From Zygnema circumcarinatum SAG 698-1b (lineage: Eukaryota; Plantae; Zygnematophyceae): 64,000 nucleotides of DNA. A program made the position numbers and the translations under genes. The notes under the pieces are model-generated. The model was not told where the DNA came from. It made no database searches and saw nothing but the letters and a program-made list of their open reading frames with translations. The stretch spans positions 5,055,361 to 5,119,360 of the forward strand of contig CM074805.1 of NCBI GenBank assembly GCA_037447605.1, in the 5' to 3' direction. Position 1 is the first letter of the stretch; each line of letters starts with the position of its first letter. Below, piece after piece: positions 30,785-44,800 of this stretch.

Positions 30785-33700
30785 GTTGTTGAGTGCGAGG
30801 GCTCCTCCCGCTGTAGCTGGCGGCTGCTCCACTTTCGCACATCACCTTCCGCCGGGTTAAGTTCCAATGATGATGACATTTCCCAAACTCTCACATTCCT
30901 CATAGCCCATTTTACTCTGAGTGAACCTCTCGAGGAGACAATACCTGTGGAATATGAGAAAAGGATAGGGAGAAAAGCTCGGCTCTAAAACTCGCCAATA
31001 ATAATCTTATCAACACAAAATGAGAGTCCTCTCTCAAATAGCCCAATAAACTAAAAAGCCCACTACCAAGCAAAGACAAGCAGCGTAGTACAAGCAGCAC
31101 GAAAGCATCAGCTTCTCGTGAGTCTACACAGCTACGCTTGATAATCGGGGTTAAAGATAAAACAACCAAACAAAACAACACACTATATAATTATGTCACA
31201 ACATCCGTGATACTACCATACAACGGCTCACAACATCGCTAGCGGCACCGCAAGGGCCCTATCCCGGGATCCTCATTCATGCCGCTTTGATTTCGCCGCC
31301 TTTATCCCGTGACGCTTTCCTCCGTCGATCCTACTCGCCTCTTGCCAATTCATCGCCTTTGCTGTGAGGATTTGACCCCGCCTGCTATCGATGACGCCAA
31401 CTCCGCATCGCCGCACGCCACCGGCTATCTCGACGCCACCTCGCATACAATGATGAACGCGCCGATTTTGACGCCGCTCAAGGCTGTCCGACCGTTTCAA
31501 TTCAGTGTTGACGCCAAGGCCAAGGCCACTTCCGACGCTGTATTCGCTAAGCCAAGGGCCACTTTTCACTTGCTCATGCCGCTGGCCCTCAGCGCCACGC
31601 CACTTTGATTTGTTGCTGGCCACACTTCTGGACTCAAGACCACGCTTCTCTTCCACCTGTAATTAAAATGTCCGTATCACACTACTAACTTAAAGTGCAT
31701 CACGCTAAGGAAACACACACAACACAAACACACAAAACTAATGTTCCAACAAAACTGCTAACTATCATACACTCAACAATCCCCTCTTTGAACTGTAGTT
31801 TTGCGCTGGCCCCGCCCCCACCAACCTCCCGCTGGGATCAATAGTGTGTTTCCCACTAACTCCCTTTGTTAGCATATCTCTCAAGGCCTCAAGCCCTTGC
31901 GCTTGGCATGAACTTCACCTCAATCAAATAAGCCCTCCTCACTCAACTCTCGTGACGTAATGGTACCGCACCCGAATGTGCTTATCCTCTTTGTGGAACA
32001 CGTGGTTTCCCCACTGCAATCGACGCATTGATTGTCGGTAAACAAGGTAATCGGTCGCTGGTCCTCTTGCATTCTTCTTCAAAGAACTGTATAAAACTAC
32101 ACTCCTTCCTTCTTCCGGCTACGACAGCACCCATGTACTCGCCTCCGTGCTCGAGCAACGCCATCGAAGTCTTGCAACTTGGAACTCCACGCAAATCGCC
32201 CTCCTCCATTCAAAACGAAACCCTCGGGTCGAGCGTGACGCACGACATCTTCCTCCCAATTTGAGTCTCAGATACCAATCACTGGCTACCCTCTCATACT
32301 TGATTCCATAATCGAGCGTCCCCTTCACGTATCTGAAAATCCTCTTCACCGCCTCCCAATGTTCGAGGCCGGGATTCTCCATGAATCGGCTGGCCGAGCC
32401 ACCGCTGCCAAGTCCTAACGCTGCTCCATCATCAAGTACATTAGGGATTCCCAATCGCGCGATCTCGTATGCACTCCAACATCTTTGTGCCTCCGCATCC
32501 TACCTAAGGTGACATCTCCTTCGCAAGCCTAGTCCCGATCGCCATGGGGCTGGAACACGGCCTAGCATCCTCCATTCGAAATCGGGCAAGCACATCTGAA
32601 GCATACTTCCTTTGACATAGAAACAAGCTTCCATCCTGCCCCCTCTTCAGCTGCATTCCCAGCAGATACTGCGCCTCTCCCAGATCTGACATTTTGAAAT
32701 TTGCCTGAAGCAATTCCTTCAAAGATCTGATTCTTTCAAGGGAGAGGCTCACCATGATGAGATCGTCGACATAGATCCCAACGAACATGATGTCTGCCCC
32801 CTCTCCTTGACGGTACACTGAATGATCTGTCTCAAACCGAGCAAAGTCATTCCTCCTCAAAAGATCGTCAATCTTTTCGTACCACACTCTCGGCGCCTGC
32901 TTCAAGCCGTACAGGCTCTTCACCAGTCGACAGACTAGGTGCTCCTTCCCGGGGACGACCTTCCCCTCCGGCTGCTTCATGTAAATCTCTTCCGTGAGAT
33001 CACCATACAGAAATGCCGTCTTGATGTCCAATTGATGGACGTGCATTCCTTCAGCCGCTGCAATGGAAATCAAGGCTCTCAAGGAATTGAACTTGACCAC
33101 TGGAGCGAACGTCTCCATGTAGTCAATCCCATACTGCTGGCCGTATCCTTTCGCCACTAACCGCGCCTTGTACCTATCCACGCTTCCGTCTGCCTTCCTC
33201 TTGACTTTGAAGACCCATTTGCAGCCGATAGCTCGCCTCCCTTGAGGCAGCTCCTCCAATCTCCACGTGCCGTTCTCGATCAGGCTGTCCCATTCGCTAT
33301 CAATCGCAACCCGCCACTTATCGCCATCGACTTCGTCGTGCGCCTCCTCAAAGGTCTGTGGCTCGGTAATCATGAAACAGTGGGCAACTCCCACAAGGTC
33401 GTACCTAACTGGCGGTACCTCTCTTGGATCATTGGTACTGTGCTTAAAACCGCATCTGGTCGCCTCTCGTGTTCCCTACCGCCTCCTCCTGACTGCCGCA
33501 CTTCGTCCTCTCTGCAGAAGTAATGAGTCCTGAACAAACCTGGGGGCAATGCTTCTCATAACATTGCGCTCTCCCTTCCTGCCGCTTCAAGATCCTTCCA
33601 CCAAGGTGAAGAGGGACCGCCTCCACCGAAGTTCCTCCTCTTCACTACCGGAGGAGTGTGAAGGGGAATCGCTCACGGGACCCCAGGCGTTTCCTCGGCA

Positions 33701-35817
33701 GACAGCCCACGGGCGCTCTCCGCCATCACCAGCCTACTCATCGCCAGCGCCGGCGCGGCCTTCTATTTGCCGACGGCTGCACCTCGCACAAAGCATCACC
33801 CTTCTCCAACTGCTTCTCCCTCCTCGACACGCATTCGCAGGTCGTCTTCGGCTTCCGAGGTAAGATTCTCAGAGTTCTGCAACACGCCAACCACACTCTT
33901 CGCTAATCAAGCAGGCCCTCTCGCCCCGAGAGAACTTCCTTCGCCAGGTTCCAAACCCCGCAGGTGCGCTCGCCGGGTGGGGTCAGAAGCCGAAAGCACG
34001 TGAGCCTCCACCCGCCGGGGTCGAATTTCTTCTTCTCACGCGCTTTGGGCGCGGCAGCCCAAAGACGCCAAAGGTCCTCTCGTGGAAATCAGGGGCTTCC
34101 CTCCCACCTACACCGCCGTGGACTCGCCTTTCAAGACGTACACTTTAATATCTGCTCCTAAATGTAAGCGTACCGTAGAAACCGCTCTCCCCAAAAGGAA
34201 GCCTGAAGGGGAATCAATCAACATGGTCCTCGCCATGTCCCCAATGTCCTATTCACCCGCTCACTGCCCATTACTCAGGGGAATAGGGCCGAATTCATGC
34301 TCCCTTATACCGCTGGGTGTTCTTCGGGAACGCCATGTAATTCCTTTGATTTGAACTCGCCACCATTGTCCGAACGGAAAGCCTTCAGCTTCAGTCCCGT
34401 CTCTGTCTCCGCCTGGTTCAGCCAGTCTCGAAAGGCTCCGAAAGCCTCTGACTTGTTCTTCAGGAGTGTGATCCAAATCTTCCTCGAATAGTCGTCAAGG
34501 AAGGTGACGAAGTACCTCGCTCCGCCACTGGTCGCCGGTGTAACCGGGCCACACAAGTCAGAATGTACCAATTCCAACTTTTCTCGCGCTCGATAGGACT
34601 CGTCTCCACTCTTCACGAATGGTCTCCTGTGCGCCTTGCCCTCCACACATTCACGGCAAACCCCCAACTCCTCCACTACACCCGGGTCTAGCCCACGGAC
34701 TAGCCCCCTCTCAGCCAACAGCTTCATGCCTCTGTGGTGTAACTGACCAAGTCTACGATGCCATACATCTACGCATTCTCTCGAAACTGTATCTACCTCC
34801 TCATGATTCACCTCTTATAATCACATACATGTTCTCCTTCTCATAACCCCCGGAATAAAATTGCCTTCCCGCTGAAAGTGGATAGCCACGCATGACTTCA
34901 CCCCAAACAGAACATAGTATCCCTTCTTGCACACTAGGCTCACAGACATAAAATTCTGCATGAGGCCAGGGGTGTGAAGAACATCACCAATGAGCAGTTT
35001 CTCCTGAACATCGTCTTCATTGATGACTGAGCCGTCTCCGAGGACCATCCTCACGGCTCCACCTCTCGTCACAGTGACTCCTTCACCGGTTGCTGAATGA
35101 ACTGAGCGAGCCTTCTCCAAGTTGTCGAGCTTGGAGAACATCGATGTGTCTCCGCACATATGCGTGGAAGCGCCGGAGTCAATCAGCCACGGCCGCTTCA
35201 GGTCCTCTGCCTGAATCCTTCCCACAAAATCGTGCTCAGTATTCTCTGCCAGCATGAGGTTGCTCTCAACTGCTACCTTGCAGTCTGAACTCTTGTGACC
35301 TCTCTTCTTGCACTTGAAACAAGTGCCGCTGAACGCCTTCTTCTCCTTCTTGCCGGATGAAGTCGCGTTTCCTCCCTTCTCAGGACTGCCCTTGTTCTTG
35401 AAACAGTCGCTGGAGTAGTGGCCGGTCTTGCCACATGTGAAGCATGTCACATTCGAGCGTTCTCCTCGGGCTGACTTCGGGGCGCCTCCTCCTCTTCGAT
35501 TCGGTCGAGTGTGCAACGCAAGCACCTTCTCTTCTTGGCCGCCGACATCCTGAATCGAATCCTCCTCCTTTATCCTACGCTTAACTTGTTCAAGCGTCAT
35601 AGAGGTATTGGTCAGAACTGTCCTCAAGGCTGCCACTGAAACTTCGAATCTCCCGGGCAAACCCCCTAGAAACTGGCTTATCTTATGGTCCGCATCTAAA
35701 CGCTTCAAGGCTATGAACCTCTCCATCAATGCACCAAATCTGGACCATATAAGTTTCTAGCTTCTCCTCAAGTCATCTTCATCTCGCCTAGCCGAAAAGA
35801 CTCCACTCATAGTCACC

Positions 35818-38800
35818 AAGTGGAGTCTGGACTGCTCGGGCCGCCTCCCCGGGCGCCACCTCGCCAAGTGTCGCCTCCATCGGGGAACTCCTGCCCCACC
35901 CCATGAAGACATTTCCTACTCTCTCCTTCTATCTCACCTCACCCAGCCCATAACTCATTTAATGAATCTGCATTTTGTGCTACTGGAAACACACAGAGAG
36001 TATGAGAAAGCTCACTAGCCTAAACCTCTTTTTATAATAAGAATGTCACCCACATGAAGTTTCTCCTCCTCACTGGGGCCTACTTCTCCCTCTTTACTAC
36101 TACCTTAGCGGGCTATAAAGCAGGCGTACCTCAAAGAACACGAAAGTGTGCATGTATCAAGTCATCATGGACTACAAGTATTTAATGTGGTTATCCTTCA
36201 AGCAAATGTGTTAAACCCTATATACGTGTACCATGGCTGCAGCACATGTGACATCTTCCTTGTTGACTGGATGTCACGTCATTGCCGCCTCGGCGCGCGC
36301 TCGCCAGCCTGCACGCGTTTCATCCGCCTTTTGCGGCCTCGCGAAACCTACGCCAAAGACGCATCTAGTCGTCGTCTTCACATAGCCATCTCAACAACTT
36401 TGTCGGCCCGCTCGAAAGCGCCAGCTTCCGCCGTCCCACCAGATGCTCACAAGGCGATAAGTTCGCTGGCAAGACCGTATTGGCTATTTCCGCTGCCCGG
36501 CGAATAAATTCCGGGTTGCCGTTTCCGGGCCGTTAATTTGTCCACAGGCCGGCCGACCGTCTCCTCCGTAGCTGACCTCGTCACAGAAATCACGATCAGC
36601 ACTAAGGGTCTCACGCCGTTCCTCACGACATCACCGACATATCCTCCGCCTCGGTGCCGCATCGGCCAATCGAATTCGCCCCACTGCATTTCCTAGAACA
36701 CTACTAGCAAATCTCATGTTTCCCAACTGAGGACCACAACAATGTTAGTGTGAACCCGTACAATGTCTAACTATAGCACACTAACACTAACAATCCCCCT
36801 CTTGGGCCTCAGTTCCTCATGGGCCCTAGCCCAATGAGTCTGCTATTCACTAGTAGCGTCTCACCACTAACTCCTTTAGTCAACATATCCGCAGCCTGCT
36901 CCTTCGTCCCCACGAACTTCACAACAATCATCCCCTCCTCTACTAATTCTCGCACATAATGGTATTGTACTCTAATGTGCTTTGTCCTCTTATGAAACAC
37001 AGGGTTTTCAACAAGAGCTATGGACGACTGATTATCCGTGAACAAAGTCAAGGGACGTTGTGGCCTCTTACACTCATCAAAGAAATGTTGGAACCAAACT
37101 CCCTCCTTCGCTGCGTGACATGCTCCCATGTACTGCGCTGCATTAACGAACTCAATCCTCGTAGGCTTCAAGCCCGCGAGATCGCCCACCCTCGCCGCCG
37201 TAAAACAAACCGTGAGGTCGATCACGATGTGTCCACGCCACCTCCCAAAATGTGAGTCGTGTATCCCATCACCGTTAGTGTTAGTGTGCTATTGTTAGAC
37301 ATTGTACGGGTTCACACTAACATTGTTGTGGTCCTCAGCTGGGAAACATGATCCGCTAGTAGTGTTCTAGGGAATACGGTCGGGCCAGCCGTCGGTGGCC
37401 CGTGACGCTTTCGCGGGAGGGATACCTGCGCGATGTCGGCGAACTGCTGCATTCTTGGCAGCGGGTCCGCGATTCTCGACGAGGTCAACTACGGAGGAGA
37501 CCGAAGTCAGCCACCACGCTGACAAGTGTGAACGGGCGCTGAAATGCGACGCATCGAGATTTCGCCGCTGACGGCGCCGAATGTGTACGGTGCGCTGCTG
37601 AACGAACATGATACAAGACGGGCGCGCTCTCGCATTTGACGGGCGGCTAAGTTCTTCGCGTACGAACGACGACAAGTTCGATGGGCGGGCGGGATCCAGA
37701 CGGAATTCATCATAGGGTCGGTGTCGGGCGTAGGGTTTACCAAAGACCGCGAAAAGCCGATGCTGAACGCGACCCGGGCCGGGCCAACGGCTGAGGCGGC
37801 CGTGACGTGACATCGGTCAACAAGTGAAGATGTCACGCACACGCCATGGCGGTATAGGGTTTAGCTTTGTTTACAGATACCACATTAATTCATCAGAGTC
37901 CCGCGGACTTATTCTCAGGCTCGCCAGGTTAAGCCGGGCTGCCCGCTGTGTCGCAGAAGGTAGTGGAGAGTAAGGGGAGAAGTAGCTAGTGAGAGGGGAG
38001 AACTTCATGTGGGTGACATTCTTATTATAAAGGAGTTTTAGAGCCGTGAGCTTCTCCCTATACTCTCGTGTGTGATTTCCAAGCTGTGCTCGCTCAAGGC
38101 TCATTCTATGAGTTGGTGGGCTATGAGGAAGTGAGATAGAGTTTGTAGAGTGAAGATGTCTTTCATCGGTGGGAACCGAGTTCCAATGGAGTGGGCTTAC
38201 ACGCCGCAGGTGGCGCCGGAGTACGTGTGAGCGTATCCATGCTCCAACAAGTGGTAATGAGCCACGGTGGCGACGCAGGACCACGCGGAAGTTCCAAAGA
38301 TTCCCCGCATTCGACGCGTCAAGACTACAAGGGGTGGAGATGGCGGCCGTTCCTTCGCTGTGGGCAAGGGACTTCGTGCTGGGGTACGCCAACTAAGCAT
38401 TCATCAAGGCACCGGTGCTGGGCCTTCCGGAGGGAGCTACCGCGGAGCAAAGAATGGAATACCTAAGTGGCGCCACGATGGAGTGCCAAGGACAACAAAG
38501 CGCTCACCCGTGACCGCTGGGCTGAAGTGTGAGGGGAAGTCCTTTCGCCCATGTCGAGGATTCTCAAGACCTCGCTTACGTTAAGTGTGGAGGTGCTTAG
38601 AAGAGATGTATGATGTAAAGGATAACGCCACGATAGTGAGTCTTTACACGCAGCCTTTGGGAAGACGAAGACGACTTCTGATGATATGTTCCTGAAAGTG
38701 AATATATGGTCGCTTGATACCTTGATGGAGAGGTTCTACAGTTCTGGCTGTGAAACCGCTAGAGAAAGTGACCATAAGATCACCCAGTTCTTAGGGGGAT

Positions 38801-41800
38801 TGACCTCCAGATTTGATGTAGCATTCGCAACGCTTAGGACTGTCCTAACGAACTCGAAAATGACCCTTGAGCAAGTGAAGCGGAGGATCAAGGAGGAGGA
38901 CACCGTCCAAGACACCGAGTAATCAGGAGTAGCGTGCTAGCGCCGCACTTCACGACAAGACCGGCGAGGGAAAAGCCAAAGCCGACCGAGGAGAAACGAC
39001 TTCTCAAGGAGCGCATACACGTGTGGCAAGATCGCCACTACCGCATCGCTACAAGAACAAGAGTCCCCAAGATCGGTGAGGAGTGAGAAGCGCCACGCAC
39101 CGCAAGAAGGGAAGAAAGGCTTTGCGGATCTCGCCATGTACAGCTGAGTCGTTACCCAAATGCGAGGGTCAATGAGACCACCGATGATGGTCAAAAGGGT
39201 CTCAAGGTTTTGACTTTGTTAAAGATCCAGGTTCGATCTCAAGCGCCCCGTTGATCGACATTCAGCGCTTTCCACACACATGTGTGGCGACAAGTGATGT
39301 TCTCCACGTTGGATTACCGCCTGAAGATCATCTGTCTACCAAAAAACTGAGAGGGAGTGACAAATACCATGGGTGGAGTAGTCAAGATGATTCGAGACGC
39401 CTACATCTACTAAGAAGAGAGGAGGAGCGCTTGTGTATCGGTGATACTTCCATACCCCCGAGCCGGAAATGTAACTTCATGTCCAAGTAGCCGTGTGTGT
39501 AAGAGGGGGCATGAGATCACGTTCAAAGAGGAAGCTCCAGGTAGCTACTCACGCAAAGGATCGAAGCGGCCGCTTGAGGGTATGAGAAGGGAGGCCTCAG
39601 ATATCTTCATTATGTATGACGAGGATGAAGATGTGATGGTTGGGGCCGAACCGCCATAAATCTCTCGCATCGTAGACTTGGACATCTTAACCATCGGGGT
39701 TGCAACAGCTTGCCGCTAAGGGGTCGTCCGTGGTTAGACGAGATGTCGTGGAGAAGGAGCTCATGCAAGGAGTGTGTGTAGGGAAGGCGATTCGAAAACC
39801 ATTCGCTGAGGGAGCCGGAGAGGAGGCGTAATTACGCGCTAGGAGAAACCTGGAGTTGGTTCACACCGACCTTTGTGGCCCCGTGACACCGGCAACGAGT
39901 GGAGGAGCTCGGTACTTCATCACTTTTCTTGATGATTTTTCGAGAAAAATTTGGGTGAAAATTTCAAGAACAAGTCTCGAGGCTTTCTAGAGCCCTCGAG
40001 ATTGGCGTGCATCTGGGATGAGCTTAGAGAGCGACGGGAACTCAAGACTCTCAAGGCTCGTGACAAACGGAGGGAGTTCAAGCTCGAGTTCGGCGAGTAC
40101 CTCAAGACTCGTGGAATTAGGCATGAATTCTCTGCTCCATACTCCCCTCAATGTAATGTAGCTGCTGATAGGGTAAATAGGATGTTGTGTACGCGCCACC
40201 ATGCTTATGTATTCCCCTTCCCGGCTTTTCTGGGAGAGGCGTGTGATGACCGCTGGGGCTACCTTAGAATAGATGCCCATCTTCCGGGTGGCTCATGATC
40301 AGTCTCGAGAGGTGTGGGAGTGGGAGAAAGCCCACGGTTTCCCACCTGAAGGCTTTCGGAGCGCGCTGCTGGTCGACAGTGCCGAAGGCGAGACAGAAGA
40401 GGAAGTTCGACCCGCGAGCCGTTGAAGGATATGTTCTCGGCTACAACATGGACAGTCGCACCTACAGGATTTGGAACCCGCGAGCGAAGGAAGTGCAGAG
40501 CTCGAGGGACATCACGGTGGATGAGAAAGGGGTGGTGACACGACTAGGTGAGACCCAACCCCAAAAGGCGTGATTGGAGGATTGTGGCGAGGACGTGGAA
40601 ATCACGGAGAAGGCGCGAAGCGCCGTGTGTCCCGGTTTTGGGAGGCAGGTCAAGACGTTTAGAGCTGAGCCTAATTCTGAGCAACAATCAACGCCGAGGC
40701 GGAGGCGTATCGAACCTGAAGTATCAGTGAAGCCGGGAGCCGGAGAACACGAGACGGGCTCCACTACACACTCACCTGTCGGATGAGGAAGACTCGGTCG
40801 AAACTGTACCTTTGCACGGACAGGAGTCTGAGGACTTGGAGATGGCCGAGAGAGACGCGATGAGGGCAAGGATGCCTCCGGGATTTGTTCCCGGAATTTT
40901 CTTCAACTCGAGGAGTGGGAGAACGCAAGGACCGCGGAGGAGCACCCGTGTGGTGAGGAGGCCTGAACGATACAGGCCGTCGCAGACTAACCTGATGCAG
41001 GAGAGAGTGCCTACGGACTCTGCTGACCTCGCAGGAGTTGCCCACTGCTACATGATTACTGAGCCGCAAACCTTCGAGGAGGCTCACGATGGGGTCGATG
41101 GAGCGAAGTGGCGAGCAGCGATCGATAGCGAGTGGAATAGTCTGATAGAGAACGGGACGTGGCGACTGGAGAAGCTGCCGAAGGGAAGGAGAGCCATTGG
41201 ATGNNAGNGGGTGTNCNAGGTGAAGCGAAAGGCGGACGGGAGTGTCGACCGTTACAAGGCGCGGCTGGTGGCGAAGTGCTACAGCCAGAAGTACGGAATC
41301 GACTACACGGAGACTTTCGCCCCGGTGGTGAAGTTTAACTCCCTCCGTGCCCTAATCTCGATCGCAGCTGCTGAGGGGATGCATGTCCATCAGTTAGATA
41401 TCAAGACCGCGTTTCTGTACGGAGATCTCGCTGAGGAGATCTACATGGAGCAGCCCGAAGGGAAAGTTGTCCCAGGGCAGGAGCATCTCGTCTGCCCAGT
41501 GAAGAGTCTGTACGGACTGAAGCAGGCACCCAGGATCTGGTACGAGAAGATTGACGATCTTCTGAGGAGCAACGGATTTGTGCGCTTTGAGACGGATCAT
41601 TCCGTCTACCGACAAGGAGAGGAGGGAGATCTCATATACGTTGGGATCTACGTGGATGACCTCATTATGGTGAGTCTCTCACTTGAGAGAATCAATGATC
41701 TGAAGAAGCTTTTGCAAGCTAACTTCCAGATGTCGGATAGGGAGGCGCAGTATCTCCTGGGGATACAGCTGAAGAGGGGGCAGGACAGAAGTCTGTTCCT

Positions 41801-44800
41801 AAGTCAGAAGAAGTACGCCGCGGATGTACTTGCGAGATTCAATATGGAGGAGTGCAGACCGTGCACCAGCCCAATGGAGATCGGCGCGAGATTGTCGAAA
41901 GATATGGAGCCCGCGACAGACGCGGAGGTACAGCGCATGTACGGAGTGCCGTACAGATCTGCTATCGGAAGTTTAATGTACCTAATGATTGGTAATCTCA
42001 ATCGGACTTGGCGCAGGCCGCGAGCGCCGCAAGCTCTGCTCATGGAGAATCCTGCCCCCGAGCATTGGGAGGCCGTGAAAGCGTAATCTTTCGGTTCTAT
42101 CTAGGGACCCCGAGTAATGGACTGCTAATAGAGAGGGCTACTATGATCGGATACAATCATCGACCGGGAGGTGATGACACTTCGCTGACGACCTCGATTT
42201 GTGTACCAACGTTGTGTGGAGCTGTATCTCATGGAGCTTCTCTCGGAAGCTTGATTCGCTTGTGCTTGTTCAAAGCAATCAAGGCGAGTACATGGGGCGT
42301 CGCGCTAAAGGAGGAGTTTGGTTCCAACATTTTGATGAGTGTAAGAGGCCACAACGCCCCTTGACTTTGTCTCCTGATAATCACGTCTATGTACTCTGTT
42401 GAACCCCGTGGTTTCATAAGAGGACAAAGCACATTAGAGTACAATTACTATGTGCTAGAATTGCAGAGGAGGGATGATTGCTGAAGTTCGTGGGGGACGC
42501 ACATGGTGTCATGGGATATGCTGACCAAAGGAGTTAGACGCTACTAGCAACAGCGTGACGATAAGAAGGGGCCCATGAGGAACCGAGGCCCAAGAGGGGG
42601 ATCATAGTGTTAGGTGTGCTATAAAGTTAGACATTGTACGTTCATTACCTGAATATCGTTGTGGTCCTCGCTGGGAAACATGAGATCTGGGTATAGTGTT
42701 CCTAGAAATACTTGCCGGGCCAAATGTCCGTGGGTCTGCATTGCTGCGCGAGGATGTCGGCGATACCGCGAACCGCTGCACTTTAGTGCGTCCGCTGACT
42801 CGGGACGCAGGTCAACTACGGAGGAGACCGAGTCGCTACCACGGACAAGTGTGAACGGCGCTGAAATGCGACGACGGAGATTTGCCAGCGGACGGCTGAA
42901 TGTACGCGGCGCTGAACGAATAACATGCGCACGCTACGACTCAGACGGGATTCGGGCGGCGGAAGTTCTCTCAAGGCCGAATCCATCGACAAGTTCGATG
43001 GGCGGCGAATCAGATGGACGACTCCGACTAGGTCGGTAGGCCGGCAGAGGGTTTACTTAAAGACCAAGAAGCCGGATGTTGAACGCTGGGTAATCTCTAC
43101 CGGGCTGGGCTGAACGCGATGAGGGAAGTGGGCCGACGTGACATCGGGTCAACAAGGAAGATGTCACGCACTACCATGGCGTGTATATAGGGTTTAGCTG
43201 TTATGTAGGATGTACCCACATTAGACTACCGAGTCCCTGGACTTATTCTCGCGGCCCCGGCCAGGTTGCCGGGTCAAGCCAGGTCAGCAAGGTAGTGAGT
43301 AAGGAGAAGTAGCTAAGTGAGAGGGGGAGAACTTCATGTGGGTGACATTCTTATTATAAGGAGTTTTAGAGCGTGAGCTTTCTCATACTCTCTAGTGTGT
43401 GATTTCATTGCTTTCGTCTCTGCGTTCGTGCCAACAGTTATGGGCTATATAGTGAAGTGAGATAGAGTGAGAGAGTGAAGATGTCTTCTTCGGTGGGAAC
43501 GAGGTTCAATGGAGGCGACGGCGGTGGCACCGGGGAGCAGCGAGAAACAGATCCATGCTCAACAATCACTGTTGACCCTCTCACCAAATTAGCAGTCCGT
43601 ACTCCGGTCCCCGTCTGAGCTAGGAAGATTAAACTTCCACCCGATACTCAATGCTCGGTAGGGATTCTCCATGTGAACAGAGCTTGCGGCTCCACGGCCC
43701 CTTCGCCAAGTCGGTCGGGTACCAATCATTAGGTACATTAAACTTCCGATAGCAGATCTGTACGGCACTCCGTACATGCGCTGTACCTCCGCGTCCGTCG
43801 CGGGCTCCATATCTTTCGACAATCTCGCGCGATCTCCATCGGACTGGTGCACGGTCTGCACTCCTCCATATTGAATCTCGCTAGTACATCCGCGGCGTAC
43901 TTCTTCTGACTTAGGAACAGACTTCCGTCCTGCCCCCTCTTCAGCTGTATCCCCAGGAGATACTGCGCCTCCCCTAGATCCGACATTTGGAAGTTAGCTT
44001 GCAAAAGCTTCTTCAGATCATTGATTCTCTCCAGTGAGAGACTCACCATAATGAGGTCATCCACGTAGATCCCAACGTATATGAGATCTCCCTCCTCTCC
44101 TTGTCGGTAGACGGAATGATCCGTCTCAAAGCGCGCAAATCCGTTGCTCCTCAGAAGATCGTCAATCTTCTCGTACCAGATCCTGGGTGCCTGCTTCAGT
44201 CCGTACAGACTCTTCACTAGGCGACAGACGAGATGCTCCTGCCCCGGGACAACTTTCCCTTCGGGCTGCTCCATGTAGATCTCCTCAGCGAGATCTCCGT
44301 ACAGAAACGCGGTCTTGATATCTAACTGATGGACATGCATCCCCTCAGCAGCTGCGATCGAGATTAGGGCACGGAGGGAGTTAAACTTCACCACCGGGGC
44401 GAAAGTCTCCGTGTAGTCGATTCCGTACTTCTGGCTGTAGCCCTTCGCCACCAGCCGCGCCTTGTAACGGTCGACACTCCCGTCCGCCTTTCGCTTCACC
44501 TTGAACACCCACTTGCATCCAATGGCTCTCCTTCCCTTGGCCCGGCTTCTCCGGTCGCCCGCGTCCGTTCTCTCCGGACTATTCCACAAGCTATCGATAT
44601 TTGTCGCCACTTAGGCTCCATCGACCCCTCGTGTGAGCCTCCTCGAAGGTTCGCGGCTTTCGGTGATCATGCTTAGCGGTGGGCAACTCTGCGAGGTGTG
44701 AGTCAAGTAGGCACTCTCTCTGCATCGGAGTTAGTCTGCTGACGGCTGTATCGTTGAGCCTCCTCACCACACGGGTGCTCCTCCGCGGTCCTTGCGTTCT

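Noticed and set aside
35810-35822. TSD for the outer family B insertion (CACCA versus CACTA near 48235)
   Set aside because: Both LTR ends are corrupted here, so the match is not reliable.
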